DNA from: Gracilinanus agilis
Taxonomy: Eukaryota
Length of the DNA stretch: 63,189 nucleotides
Reading direction: 5' to 3'
Assembly: GCF_016433145.1 (NCBI RefSeq)
Contig: NC_058133.1
Span: 246,778,201-246,841,389, forward strand
The position numbers and the translations under genes are program-made. Of the stretch, positions 1 to 12,480 are shown piece after piece (position 1 is the stretch's first letter; each line of letters starts with the position of its first letter). The notes below the pieces were generated by a model. The model was not told the DNA's origin, made no database searches, and worked only from the letters and a program-made list of their open reading frames with translations.

Positions 1-171
1 GCTGTCTGTCTACCTTATGCCAAAACTTTCTGTGTCTGTGTATCTTTATTCTCGCCTTATGTTCTCTTTCCATTAATCCTTAACCCGTAGCCCATTTTCA
101 CTCAGTCCTTGGTTCCCCTTTCTAAGTGTCCAACCCACTAGGAATCTTCGTGGAGTCGGTGGACAGCTTCA
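1..171 (+). mobile_element. Possible 3' end (U5) of an LTR cut by the window edge
   Basis: Pyrimidine-rich segment ending ...GGACAGCTTCA (terminal CA) immediately before L1-derived sequence; no TSD checkable. Confidence 0.3.
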
Positions 172-194
172 TTATTCACTGTAACTAAATTGTA

Positions 195-2640
195 TTTATA
201 CCAGGAATGCAAGGTTGGTTCTGTATTGAAAATTCCATAAACATAATAGACCATATTAATAACCAAAAATAAATAATTATCAATAGATGCAGGAAAAGCT
301 CTCAAAAATGCAATAACCATTTATGTTTAAACATTTTTTTAAAAAACACAGACATAAATGACCTTTCCTTGGTTTGGTAAATACTATCTATATAAAACCA
401 AGAGCCAGAATTGTATGTAATTAAGAAACAATAAGGATTGGGATTAAAGCAAGAAAGTCTATTATCACCATTATTATTTCATATAATGTCACCTATTTTA
501 AGCAATTACAAGGAAAAAAAATGAAGGAACCAGCATAAGCAAAGAGGAAACAAAACTGTCAATTTTTGCAGATGATATATGTGATGGTCTACTTAGGGAA
601 CCCTAGAAATTCAACCAAAAACTGATTGGAACAAAAACCACAGCAAACAACTTTCTATAAATTGTCAGCTTTTCTCTATATTTAAAAAAATGAATGCAAA
701 TACAAAACACTACTTACTTAAATACAAACACATCTCCATATTTGGAGAGCTACTAATTACTTACAACTGAGCATGCCAATTTAACAAAAATTATAATACC
801 ACTTTATTTCTTTCCTAATATACCAATTCAAATCAAAATAGTTACTTCATAAAGCAAAAATAGTAAAATTGACCTGGAAGAACAAAAATAAAAATTATCA
901 AGGAAAACAAGTAGTAAGGAAGGAAAACTAGTAGAAGTCAAACTTTATTTTAAAGCAATAATCCATAAAAATCATTCAAAATGGAAAAAATTGGTCAGTG
1001 GGATAGATGGTACATAAGATACAGAAGCAAACATAATATCGATAAAACCAAATTTCAACCAGTTACTTGTCTAAAAACTCACTATTCCATCAAAAACTTC
1101 TGCAAAAACTGGAAAGCAGCCTGGCAGAAAATTATTCTATGCCAGCATCTCAAACCATTTAACATAAGCTCAAAATGGATACTCAGAAGAGGACATCAGA
1201 AACAACTCAGAAATGCAGTTAAAATTAGAATGCAAACTGAGAGAAAGAATTTTTAACAATTTTCTCTGGGAAAAAAAATGGTAAAATTTTAGTAACAAGC
1301 AATATAGGTAAATGATTCAAATACTATACTCTCCCAAAGCTTAAAACTGCACTGAGACTTATGGGTTGCTGTGTATTTGAATCAGCTTTAACCTTTAATA
1401 GTATAAAATGGTACCAAGACTTTGAGGGCAGCTGGGTGGCTCAGTGGATTGAGAGCCAGGCCTAGAGACTGGAGGTCCTAGGTTCAAGTCTGACCTCAGA
1501 CACTTCCAGCTGTGTGACCTTGGGCAAGTCACTTGACCCCTACTGCCCACCCTTACCACTCCTGGGCCAAGGACGATCCCTAGCCCAGATGAAAAAGGAG
1601 GAGGGTTGGGCGTGGGGCTAGCAACCCCACCCTGTAAAAACTAAATCTGCTAAAGAAACTGCAACCTAAAGTAGGGGCAGCTGGGCTAGCTCAGTGGATT
1701 GAGAGCCAGGCCTAAAGATGAAAGGTCCTACATAAAGTAGGGGCAGCTGGGCTAGCTCAGTGGATTGAGAGCCAGGCCTAGAGATGAAAGGTCCTAGGTT
1801 CAAGTCCGGCCTCGGACACTTCCCAGCTGGGTGACCCTGAGCGACTGTGTGTCCCATTGCCTACACACTGTGTGTCCCATTGCCTACAGGTTGTGGCCCT
1901 ATGCTCCTAGAATGGAGTCCCAGGATAAAAAAAAAAAAAAAAAGACTTTGAGGAGGACACCCTGTATAAGCAGAGCTATTCCCTAATAGATAAATGGGCA
2001 AATTTATAAAAAAAATCAGTTTTCAAAAGAAAAAAAAAACATGCTATCAACAACATTTGAAATATAGCATATAGTTTTATTAGAAAAAAAAAAAGGAATT
2101 GAAAATTTACCTCAAATCCATCATATTGGCAAAGATGACCAAAAAAAAGAAGAAAAAAGAAAATGACAGTTACTGGAGAGAATGTGGGAGAACAGAAAAA
2201 TCACTGCACTGTAAATTTATGCAGTCATTCTTAATAGCAATTTAAAACTATAACCAAGTCACTAACCTGTGCATTCCCTTTAACCCAGCATTAGCATCGT
2301 TAAATCCCAAAGATATATAAAGGTTGGAAAGAACTCAAATGAACAAGAGTATTTGTATTCTTATAACTGCAAGAAAATGGGAACTAAGAAAATACCTACA
2401 TATTGAGAATGAGCTAAACAAATTAAAGGAACAGTACAAAATATTATTGTACCATAATGATGCATGACAACAGGAATGTGTACAGAGAAACCTAGGAAAA
2501 CTTGTATGGGAAAAAATATAGAATAAAGTGAGCAGAACCAGAACAATGCATGCAGTGATTTACACCACTGTAAAGAAAAACAGCTTGGAACAGATTTAAG
2601 AACTGTGACCAATGTGGTAACTAATTAAAGTTTCAGAAAG
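195..2640 (+). mobile_element. Old, heavily decayed L1 (ORF2 RT region to 3' end), split by a SINE at 1426-1941
   Basis: Recognisable L1 ORF2 relics: GGAATGCAAGGTTGGTT, ATTATCAATAGATGCAG (IISIDAE-like), GCAGATGATA..TGATGGTCTACTTAG (ADDM.VYL-like), and 3' ORF2 motifs near 2100-2450; many stops and indels. Confidence 0.7.
1426..1941 (+). mobile_element. Composite dimeric tRNA-derived SINE, copy 1, with poly(A) and TSD
   Basis: Two GGGGCAGCTGGG..GCTCAGTGG heads with A/B boxes, shared linker, poly(A) 1926-1943; TSD AAGACTTTGA(GG) at 1416-1427 and 1942-1953. Confidence 0.85.
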
Positions 2641-3702
2641 CCAATCTTGAGCATGCTTCTACTTCCTGATGGATAAGTCTAGTGGTGAAAATTATGAAAT
2701 ACATTTTCTAATATGGCCAATACGTGGGTGTTTTTATTTGACTGTAACTTGTTAGGAAGGACTGAATTGGGGAAGGGGAGCATATAATCTGGCTAATGAC
2801 AGTAGTGGCCAAACAAAAAGGAAATAGAAGTACTGATGATGTTATTTAAAAAGAATGCTCAGAAGTATGTCCAAATGTTAAGACTCCATCAATCAAGAGC
2901 TCTTTTAAACTGCTGAATTTATTTTATACTCTTTAAAAGAAACAAGCCATGCATAGTAGTGATTCAGGGTTTGTTTTTTTTCCTGTTCATTGTATATATT
3001 CATGTCTTCTTATTGGGAAACCTTTAAACAAAAAAAAACAAAAACAAACAAACAAAAAAAAACTTTGGCACATACTGGAACACGGAGATCCATCTAGCCA
3101 AACTGCCTTTACAAATGAGAAAAGACTTGCTTAGGAACATAGCAAATCGCAGGGTTTGGGCAAAAATAAAAACCAGGTTTCACAATTGTAGGCCTACTAT
3201 TTGGTGGATTATATAGCATCCCCGAGTTGCTAAGCAAAAGGGCAAGTTTGGGGTTCTATGGACAACAAACCTTTTTTAAACTGAGTAATGACAAAGATAA
3301 AAAACTCCCCACAACCTTGATGGAGCTTACCTTTGTAGGCCTATTTCATCTTACTAATAGTGCCAACAGCTCTAGGTCTTTTGCTTCCTTTCAAGTTGGC
3401 CACTCCATTTTCTCACAAATGTAAACAATTTAAGGTACTTAAGCTAGACTGCTCTTCATTCTACCCAGTTACCTTAAAGACGACAGAGTTAATATAAACT
3501 ACATTCCTTTTATGATTCTCTCCCTCAATTTAACCCAGCAAACTACTTGTGAATTTCACCCCAATATAAAATGCTTCCAGCTTACCTTACTTACATGACC
3601 CCCCACACACAATCTGATGTGGGGGGCACTTATCACTATTACAAGCCCTCCCAAAATATTAAAATCTAAAAGGTCACAACTATTTTTAGTGAAAACGTGG
3701 GT

Positions 3703-3718
3703 GGCTCTGAAAAGAGCC
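3703..3718 (-). terminator. Histone 3' stem-loop of H3
   Basis: Minus strand CCCAAA-GGCTCTTTTCAGAGCC-ACCCA, followed by a purine-rich HDE-like AAAAATAGTTG. Confidence 0.95.
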
Positions 3719-3746
3719 TTTGGGGTGTTCGGATCTTATTGACAAG

Positions 3747-4181
<435 letters not shown>

Positions 4182-4193
4182 CTACAGTCGCGG

Positions 4194-4306
4194 TATTTAT
4201 AGAATAAGCCTAGTTCTGATTGGATTGAACAGCACATACAAATCCTGAGCTATGACTAAGGATTGGTTGATAATTCCAGTCCGTGTATTCCGAATGATTT
4301 GATTGG
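4194..4306 (-). promoter_or_regulatory. H3 promoter: TATA plus three CCAAT boxes
   Basis: Minus-strand TATAAATA at 4194-4201; ATTGG at 4219, 4262 and 4302. Confidence 0.8.
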
Positions 4307-4636
4307 ATGATCTTCCTTTAGGCCTCTCCTTCTCCCTCAATTTTGCAAACCGTTCCTTTAGCGGGCTAACTTCTTCCTGTTCCTTTACCCTCTCTAATTA
4401 CGGAGCACATAGGGAATATATCTTTCCGAGCACTATTATATACTTCTCGTGTCTCCCCAGGATTGCTGTCACTTTAAAGGCCAGAATGCTTTCATTGTTT
4501 TGATTTTTTTTAAAAGACCGCGCTAGTACAGGATTGGTCGGTTTGTTCGGGCCTGTTTCTTTCTCCCGCGCCTTTTCATTTTTTAGACCCTTCCTTTCTC
4601 CTAAAGACCACCCCCTCCCTAGTACGTTTAAGCAAA

Positions 4637-4880
4637 CTGTCGAAAAATGGTAAAAAGTATGTTTTTATTTCAACCTCCTAACCCAAGAATTAAAAAGGCC
4701 CAAGGTTCTCAGCTGCAGGATTAGACATCTGTTAAGACTGTACTTTGAATGGTTGACTTGTTGAATTTTTAGCGGAGAACCTAGTGTTTAGTTTTGAAAT
4801 AGGATTACTACATATTAGGCATGGAAATTTCTTTCAAGGTTAAGGTATATACCATGCGCTCGGGATATACGTTTATTCCA
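4637..4880 (+). pseudogene. Possible highly decayed histone H4 relic, divergent from H3
   Basis: By-eye matches: CTG TCG..GGT AAA (M-S-x-x-G-K register), AGG CCC AAG GTT CTC (RH.KVL) at ~4696-4710, ATGCGCTC.GGA TAT ACG TTT (YAL..GRTL) at ~4854-4875; H4-like CCCGCGCCTTTTCA element at ~4566. Confidence 0.4.
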
Positions 4881-4957
4881 GTACCTCTTTAAAAGTACTT
4901 CATTCTTAAAAAGGTGTTTGGATAAAATTAAAAAGGGTAGGCTTTTTGTCATGCTAT

Positions 4958-4998
4958 CAGCTCTCGTTTTGAAGACATGCGTGGCTCTGAAAAGAGCC
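4958..4998 (-). terminator. Histone 3' stem-loop and HDE of H2A
   Basis: GGCTCTTTTCAGAGCC at 4983-4998 (minus strand); HDE GAGAGCTG at 4958-4965. Confidence 0.95.
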
Positions 4999-5053
4999 TT
5001 TGGTTTTAGTTGATAGGCGAGGATTATATCCTTAAGCCCTAGCTGAAGACACT

Positions 5054-5464
<411 letters not shown>

Positions 5465-5509
5465 CTAGATCTTTAGAAAAAGGAAAAAATGAGTACCTAA
5501 CGTCAGACA

Positions 5510-5690
5510 TCAGAACCTATTATACCATTTTGTGGTAGGATAAAGTAAGCTTTCGGATTGGTTAAAAACAGCTTTTGCTGAATTAGCCAATCAGAAAGTA
5601 GGTCAAGAATCTACTTAATTACAGACGCCCTTCCCACTTCTGGTGATTTGACCCAATCAGATATGAGGTAAACTAACCCTTCGTTTGCAT
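5510..5690. promoter_or_regulatory. Bidirectional H2A/H2B-type promoter
   Basis: ATTGG 5557, CCAAT 5587 and 5653, octamer-like GTTTGCAT 5683-5690; CCAAT-to-TTTGCAT spacing 31 bp versus 32 bp in the intact H2B promoter. Confidence 0.7.
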
Positions 5691-5769
5691 AAAAGTCTTC
5701 AACCTGCTGTAATCTGACTCTTGCCTTTCTTTTTTGTTGTTTTTGTAATCTTGTCCTAGGAAACTAATT

Positions 5770-5870
5770 TTGTTTCCGTTTCTCAAGTCCGCTCCTGCCT
5801 CAAAGATGTCTCCAAGAAACTTGTAACTAGGATAAAAAGTAAAATAATTTATAGTTTATAATGTTTACCA
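5770..5870 (+). pseudogene. Truncated H2B relic (N-terminal fragment)
   Basis: 5785-5831 AAG TCC GCT CCT GCC TCA AAG ATG TC- TCC AAG AAA CTT GTA ACT = KSAPA(S)K(M)xSKK(L)VT versus H2[16 protein letters not shown]; weaker YS.YVY-like relic at ~5850-5870; ~320 bp from the H2A ATG. Confidence 0.6.
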
Positions 5871-6797
5871 AACCATTTTCTCGTAGCAGTATCTTAAGGA
5901 GGCTATTTGTTGCTTGCAAATGAAATGGAATCAGAAGAGTAAGCAATTAACCCAACATTTGATCTAGAATTCAAAATCAGATCTTCTGACTAAGGATTAG
6001 TTTTCTGTCCACTACACATCTTGCAACTCCTCCTTTCACAATAAAATGAATCTAGGAGGCTTACTGAGGAACTTATTTATCTTAGTACATTGACTCATCC
6101 AAATTTCTCAGACCTCATTTCACTTCTCCCAGCAGTTTTGGCTTTATTAACAACCTTTTCCGGCTTAGATGGCACTGCTCTTTCTTCCTGGTTCTCCCAT
6201 GTTCCTCTCTGTTTCTATTACATTCAGGATTTCAATGAACTTAGACACATTATTAAGATAAATAATTTCAGGGCTTATTGAATGAGATGTAAAGAGAGAA
6301 TACAAGAAAATATGCACATATTTTTCTCCTTCATTGCCACCCATCCACACCAATATTTGTCTGACCCTGGGAAATAAGACTATGCATATAACTTCTTAGG
6401 AGGTAGGTTCTTATGTGGACAATAATAAACCAATCATAATATAGACTAGAAATCATACATAAGGTTGTCAGCTGAGTTAGACAAGAAAAGCTGGAGATTC
6501 TTATAAATATGTCCATATTAAGTGAATGACTATGCATGATTTAATTTACTACTGATATGCAAATGTTTATGAAATGAAAGTGATAGATCAAAGCCATATT
6601 ATAACTTGTTATGGTTATCATTTTACTATTTATTGGATATTGAAAAGAAATTGCAATCTTCATTTTGGAAGACTCCTTTTCCAAGTAGAAAAAGTATATG
6701 AATTAAGTATGAAGTATTGTGTCCCTTTTTTGCTCTAGAATTAACAATTAATAGATTTTGAAGCAGAACCCCAACTTAAATTATCTCTACCCCCTCC

Positions 6798-6799
<2 letters not shown>

Positions 6800-6853
<54 letters not shown>
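6800..6853 (+). repeat. (CA)n microsatellite
   Basis: Direct reading. Confidence 0.98.
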
Positions 6854-6855
<2 letters not shown>

Positions 6856-6879
6856 TAAACTGTAATTGTTTCCTTTGGG

Positions 6880-7800
6880 GTTTTGTTTTTAATGATATTT
6901 TCTGTTCCTTACATCACAGCAGTTATCCCAAATATCCAAATCCCACCCTCCTCCTCCTCCCAGAGAGTCATTGCATATACAACAAATAGTATTTCTTAGG
7001 AAAAAATACCAACACAACTGGTCAATAAATTGAAAAAGTCCAAAAGCATATGCAGTGTGTGATTCCTATGGACCTTGCAACTCCACAAAGGGGTAGGTTA
7101 GGGATATCTTTGCTATCTCTACATTTGAATCCTGCTTGATTTTTATAATTTTGTTATATTAGATTTTTTGGCATTCAGTTCATCAATTTATAATGTTGTA
7201 GCACTAGATATATTGTTTTCTTGATTCTGCTTACTTTACTCTGAATCAGTACATGTATATTTTTCCATGTTTCTCAACACATGTCATTTCTAACAGCACA
7301 GTATTATTCTGTTACACTTATGTACCAGCATTTATTTAGCTAGTTCCCAATAGATGGGCATTTCTTTGCTTCTAATTCTTAAGCATCACAAAAAGTGCTG
7401 CTATAAATATTTTGTAGTATATGGAGACTTTTTTCCTCTTCAATAGTTTCCTTTGAGTATAAGCTTAGTAGTCTTTGTTTTAAAAGGTATGGACATTTTA
7501 GATACTTTATTTGCATAATTCCAAATTACTCTCCAAAATGGTTATACCATTTCTCAGTTCCATTAATAATGTATTCGTTTACCTATCTTTCCACAACCCC
7601 TCCAACATTAACTGTTGCAATTTCTTGGGTCATTTTTGCCCATAACTGGGTGTGAGATAAAACCTGTGGGTTGTTTTGATTAGGATTTGAAGCATTGTTT
7701 CATGTGGTTGTGAAAAATTCACAGCTCTTTTGGAAACTTGCTTCATATCCTTTAGCCATTTATCTACTGGGGAATAGGTACTAGTTTTATATATATATTA
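6880..7800 (-). mobile_element. Old L1 3' fragment
   Basis: Antisense L1 ORF2 C-terminal/3'UTR-like phrases (GCTGCTATAAATATTTT, ATAATTCCAAATT, GGGTGTGAGATAAAACC). Confidence 0.6.
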
Positions 7801-8474
7801 GCAATTGTTTTTTTAAGACAGCCAGGAAGCAATGAAATCCTGAGGCATTTACAAGCTCACTAACCACTGTAAGGAGGCTATAAGGAAATAACTTTAACTA
7901 TCATCCTAAAGGTAACTTGACTGGAATGAACCTGTTTAAAAACTGACTCTAAAACTAACTCTGGCTATGATCTTTATGATCTTTATATTATGGCGTATGG
8001 TACTTAAATATATTTTTGTATTTTTGACAACACAATTATAATAACATTGATATTTAAGGCTACAGAACTAGGAGACTAGATATAGAGAAACACAGATGAT
8101 TACTTTTGATTCTGAACAAAATTTAAATTAATTTATATTTAACAGGAAAATCTTTTTTCCAGGAAATAAGTCTTTCCTATAATTTCGACATAAATATTCA
8201 GAAACTGGATTGAGAGCTATTATCACAGATGAGTGAAAATGGGGTCTAGGACCACCAGAGAAGATCCTTTCCCTAGCCTTTTCAGATATTTCAGAGCCTG
8301 AAAGGAGATTTTTGGACAGCTCTTCTTGCAGCTGGGTACTCTGTTAAAAAATCCTCAGTAGGGGAAGCCCCTATTGATAGTGCAAGTTATGGTTAGCTTG
8401 AATCTTGCAAGGACCAGTCAGCTCATTTTCAGGTCAAAGCCTAATTACGATACTTAAAATATTCTCCCAATCTG

Positions 8475-8671
8475 GTTTTTTGTTGTTTTTTTTTTTTAAA
8501 CCCTTAACTTCTGTGTATTGACTTATAGGTGGAAGATTGGCAAGGGTAGGCAATGGGGGTCAAGTGACTTGCCCAGGGTCACACAGCTGGGAAGTGTCTG
8601 AGGTCGGATTTGAACCTAGGACCTCCTGTCTCCAGGCCTGGCTCTCAATCCACTGAGCTACCCAGCTGCCC
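8475..8671 (-). mobile_element. Young monomeric tRNA-derived SINE (opossum SINE1-like)
   Basis: Reverse complement of the GGGGCAGCTGGGTAGCTCAGTGG head; T-rich tail; TSD CTCCCAATCTG at 8464-8474 and 8672-8682. Confidence 0.9.
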
Positions 8672-8768
8672 CTCCCAATCTGTTTTAAGACAGTCATGGA
8701 CTGTCTGCCTAGACTGGAGAGACCAGGCTCATTAGCACGCTTATTATAAGGCAGTATTGCGATTTGGA

Positions 8769-9196
8769 GGGGCAGCTGGGTGGCTCAGTGGATTGAGAGC
8801 CAGGCCTAGAGACTGGAGGTCCTAGGTTCAAATCCGACCTCAGACACTTCCCAGCTGTGTGACCTTGGGCAAGTCACTTGACCCTTATTGCCCACCCTTA
8901 CCACTCCTGGGCTAAGGACAATCCCTAGCCCAGATGAAAAAGGAGGAGGGTTGGGCGTGGGGCTAGCAACCCCACCCTGTAAAAACTAAATCTGCTAAAG
9001 AAACTGCAACCTAAAGTAGGGGCAGTTGGGCTAGCTCAGTGGATTGAGAGACAGGCCTGGAGACGAAAGGTCCTAGGTTCAAACCCGGGCTCAGACACTT
9101 CCCAGCTGGGTGACCCTGAGAGACTGTGTGACCCATTGCCTACTGGTTGTGGCCCTATGCTCCTAGAATGGAGTCCCAGGATTTAAAAAAAAAAAA
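8769..9196 (+). mobile_element. Composite dimeric tRNA-derived SINE, copy 2
   Basis: Same head-linker-head-tail layout as 1426-1941; poly(A); TSD ATTGCGATTTGGAGG at 8756-8770 and 9197-9211. Confidence 0.9.
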
Positions 9197-9749
9197 ATTG
9201 CGATTTGGAGGTTTCAAAAATTGGAATTAAGAGTAAGAAAAACGTTGGAAAAACTATTTATCAAGTCATAGAAAAAGATATTGGATTCAAAAAGGTTCTA
9301 ATATGAGCCAATTCTTCATTTTGTAGTTCAAGGGAAAAAAACTCCAAAAGATTTCACGTCACAAATGCAAGCAATACAAGGACCAACTCCTCAAGGCTTC
9401 TAGTGCATTATCAAGTCTTTTCACTTGAATCACTGCTTTTCTCAAAAGAAAAATTTTTCTGTGATCCCACTGTAAATATTAGCATAACTTTGAAAGCAGT
9501 TTTTACACAGTCCCTAGAAAATGTTTTATACCCACTTCATAGAAAAAATTATTTTCCCAAGGTATTCCTCCGTTCCCGACCCTCCCCCCACCCCCAAAAA
9601 AATTTTTCCTGTGTATGCATATGCTCCAAACTACTAAATTTTCTATCACTGGTCAAAATTGATAGCTGGATTCTTTTCTGCTAAATGTGGACAAAGCTGA
9701 CAATGCTTTGGTTTAAATGAAGTAAAACTGAAGGAATATAGCAGATGAT

Positions 9750-10046
9750 CAATTCTTGTGAAAATTAAAGCTCCTGGTCTTGTGATTCAGTTCAAGAAAC
9801 CACTCTGAGAGATAGCCACTGCCAGCAGCGCGTGGAGCTCCTAATAGTTTGATGACCAGTGATAGAAGGCTGAATGCTGTTTACCTTCTGGTCTGTCTCT
9901 ATTCAGCTCCAGGCCAAGGCTCCCCAGCCCTAATAAATTGAGTAATGCTTTACAGATCGAGATGCGCATGCGCTGTACAAGAATCAGCAATACCTTTAAG
10001 CAATTGTTCCTGTAGGTTTTTATCCTAACTTTCCGCGTCCTCACGA
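9750..10046 (-). pseudogene. Decayed H2A pseudogene, divergent from intact H2B
   Basis: Minus strand GGA CGC GGA AAG TTA GGA TAA AAA (GRGK.G*K) from 10040; CTG GAG CTG; 9793-9840 GAG CTC CAC GCG CTG CTG G-CA GTG GCT ATC TCT CAG AGT GGT TTC TTG versus [17 protein letters not shown]; stops and indels. Confidence 0.75.
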
Positions 10047-10149
10047 AAACCGCATAAAGAAAGCAGTAAGATTTAAAAGAAAAAACCTCTAATGCAATGC
10101 TAGCCCCTGAGGAGTTCTGCCGTAGTTTTAGAGTGAAAAAAGTCATTAC

Positions 10150-10309
10150 ATCATTGATTGCGACGTATAGTTATGTAACCAATAGGAAAGCAAGATTGGA
10201 ATCTGTTATTTACATTGGACAATGCTTAGTCATGATAACCTTACAGAGAATTCTCCAATCAGAAAAGAACTCTGAAGGGCCCTCTATTTGCATACGCCCT
10301 GTATAAGTA
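10150..10309 (+). promoter_or_regulatory. H2B promoter (CCAAT array, octamer, TATA)
   Basis: CCAAT 10255-10259, perfect ATTTGCAT 10286-10293, TATAAGTA 10302-10309; further CCAAT/ATTGG boxes upstream. Confidence 0.9.
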
Positions 10310-10313
10310 CTAA

Positions 10314-10745
<432 letters not shown>

Positions 10746-10782
10746 GTTCCCTCAGAAGATTCCTGAGTTAAAAAAATCAAAA

Positions 10783-10822
10783 GGCTCTTTTAAGAGCCAC
10801 ATATTTTCATTAAAAAGAACTG
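10783..10822 (+). terminator. Histone 3' stem-loop and HDE of H2B
   Basis: CAAAA-GGCTCTTTTAAGAGCC-AC at 10783-10798; AAAGAACTG at ~10814-10822. Confidence 0.95.
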
Positions 10823-10970
10823 TAAATACTAAATTTTTCATGAGTTTTAGTGGTTTATGGTTTCTTTCTTCTACTCCACCCTGCCCACATAATTTTCCTT
10901 TTCCCCTTTATTGGCTTGTTTAATGTGAAGCGAGAGGCTCCTAAGAGGGTGAAAAATACCTATTCCGTTT

Positions 10971-11330
10971 ATGTGGGAGCTGAGGTCTTAACATGTGACC
11001 TCCCTGCATGGTTCCTCTTCCACAAACCTTTCCTCCTATGCGGCAGCCAGAGAAACCGCAAAGCTGGTTTTGTTTGAGTACTTGTACTTCAAAGAAGCAT
11101 TTCTATATCCTTTTCGCCAACATTCACTTCCTAAAATGGGTCTATCTCTCAGGTAAAAGATCAAATTTCTAATTGGGAAATTGCTTTCCACTTTGTCTCT
11201 GATAGCTCCTGATTTCAAGTGCTGTGGTGTGATGTGAACAGAAATGTGGCTAAGCAAAGTCATCTTGAAACCAATTTGAGGCCTTTCATTAATGCTTTTG
11301 GATTCCTGTATTTGACTGCATCAGGTTTTT
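10971..11330 (+). pseudogene. Decayed H3 pseudogene
   Basis: ATG at 10971 lies exactly 24 codons before GCA GCC AGA GAA ACC GCA (AARKSA-like); 11172-11219 ATT GGG AAA TTG C-T TTC CAC..ATA GCT CCT GAT TTC AAG (IRKLPFQ..IAQDFK); GAA ACC AAT TTG..ATT AAT GCT (E.TNL..IHA). Confidence 0.6.
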
Positions 11331-11959
11331 CTTCCTTAACTTCCCGTCGCTTATCCCTCATTTAAAAGGTTTTATAGCGAACAGACGTGTAGTGGAAAGG
11401 AAAAACACCAGATTAAGAGAGAAGACTGTAAAGATACCCACTCACACCGGAAGCTGTACTCAATCCTCTGCTGCCACCAAGCGACTTTTTATTAACAGGT
11501 CATCCCCCCCTTTTTGTCTGCTGCAACACCTTCAATCTTTTTTCCTTTTTATTTCTTGTAATATCTTCAATATTCATGTAATCTTATTAAAAGTTTAGCT
11601 ACACGTTTAGAGTAGAGGAAATTGAGTTAAGTCATTTACCCAGGATCACAAAACATGTAAGTAATTAAGTCAACATTCACATCTAAGTCCTTTTATTTCA
11701 AATTTAGTACACTGCTGCTTCCCTACTGCTGGCTTATATATTTATTCTCACAATTGGGTAGTCTGTTCTGCCTTCCCTTGCCACGTGCCTCTCCATACTT
11801 TCCCCATTAAAGAAAGGTTCACTTCTTTTGAATGCAGCACTGAAAAATTGTGAGGGAGAGAGTGAAAGGGAGGGAAGGAGGGTAAATAACTGTTATATAA
11901 TCTTTCCTGAAAATGTAAGATCCTAAGCTTTAGAGATGTAATAATCCTTACTGATAGTT

Positions 11960-12480
11960 TACTTAGATTTTAGCAAAGCATTTGAAGTTTCCCAAGCTAT
12001 TCATGTGGAAAAGGTGTAGGGAAATTTCTAGACTAAGCACTTAGAATTCAAAGCTGGTATTTAGTTGAACCTAAATAGAAAATCATTAATGACTTGAAAC
12101 TAACCTTGAAGATCTTCAGTTGAGTATCCTAGGGAATCTGTTTTAGGATTGTTTTTGTTTAGCATTTCTATCAATGACTTGAATAAAAGTATAGATAACA
12201 TATTTATCAGCTTTGCATGTGACAAAGAGATAAGTGCATAGCTTAAAGGCTTGGTGTTTATGGATCCCAAAAGGTTTTTGTCCAATAAGATTAAATTTAA
12301 TAGGGATCAATGTAAATTCTTAAGGCTTAAGGAAATTGATTTTAAAAGGATAACATGAGTGAGGTGTGGCCTTTCAGAAATTTTTCTGAATATGACCTAG
12401 AGGGTTAAACCAATAAAGAGACATGGTACCCGCAAAAAATTAATATGATTTCAGACTGCTTTGAGAGGAGTAGCATCTAG
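11960..12480 (+). mobile_element. Ancient CR1/L3 RT fragment
   Basis: GATTTTAGCAAAGCATTTGA (DFSKAF) and TTTAGCATTTCTATCAATGACTTG..ATCAGCTTTGCATGTGACAAAG (FNIFINDL..IKFADDTK-like). Confidence 0.65.

Noticed and set aside
5772-5782. ISRE-like GTTTCCGTTTC
   Set aside because: Single motif at the eroded start of the H2B relic; no supporting context
8905-9015. Self-cleaving ribozyme in the dimeric SINE linker
   Set aside because: Two small hairpins are visible, but I found no hammerhead CUGAUGA/GAAA core and could not build an HDV-like pseudoknot
9963-9974. Perfect NRF1-type palindrome TGCGCATGCGC
   Set aside because: Falls on the R-V-H codons of the H2A relic (CGC ATG CGC); no evidence of function beyond CpG retention near an active promoter
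9841-10146. 101-aa minus-strand ORF upstream of H2B
   Set aside because: Starts inside the promoter and threads through frameshifted psi-H2A sequence; best explained by chance
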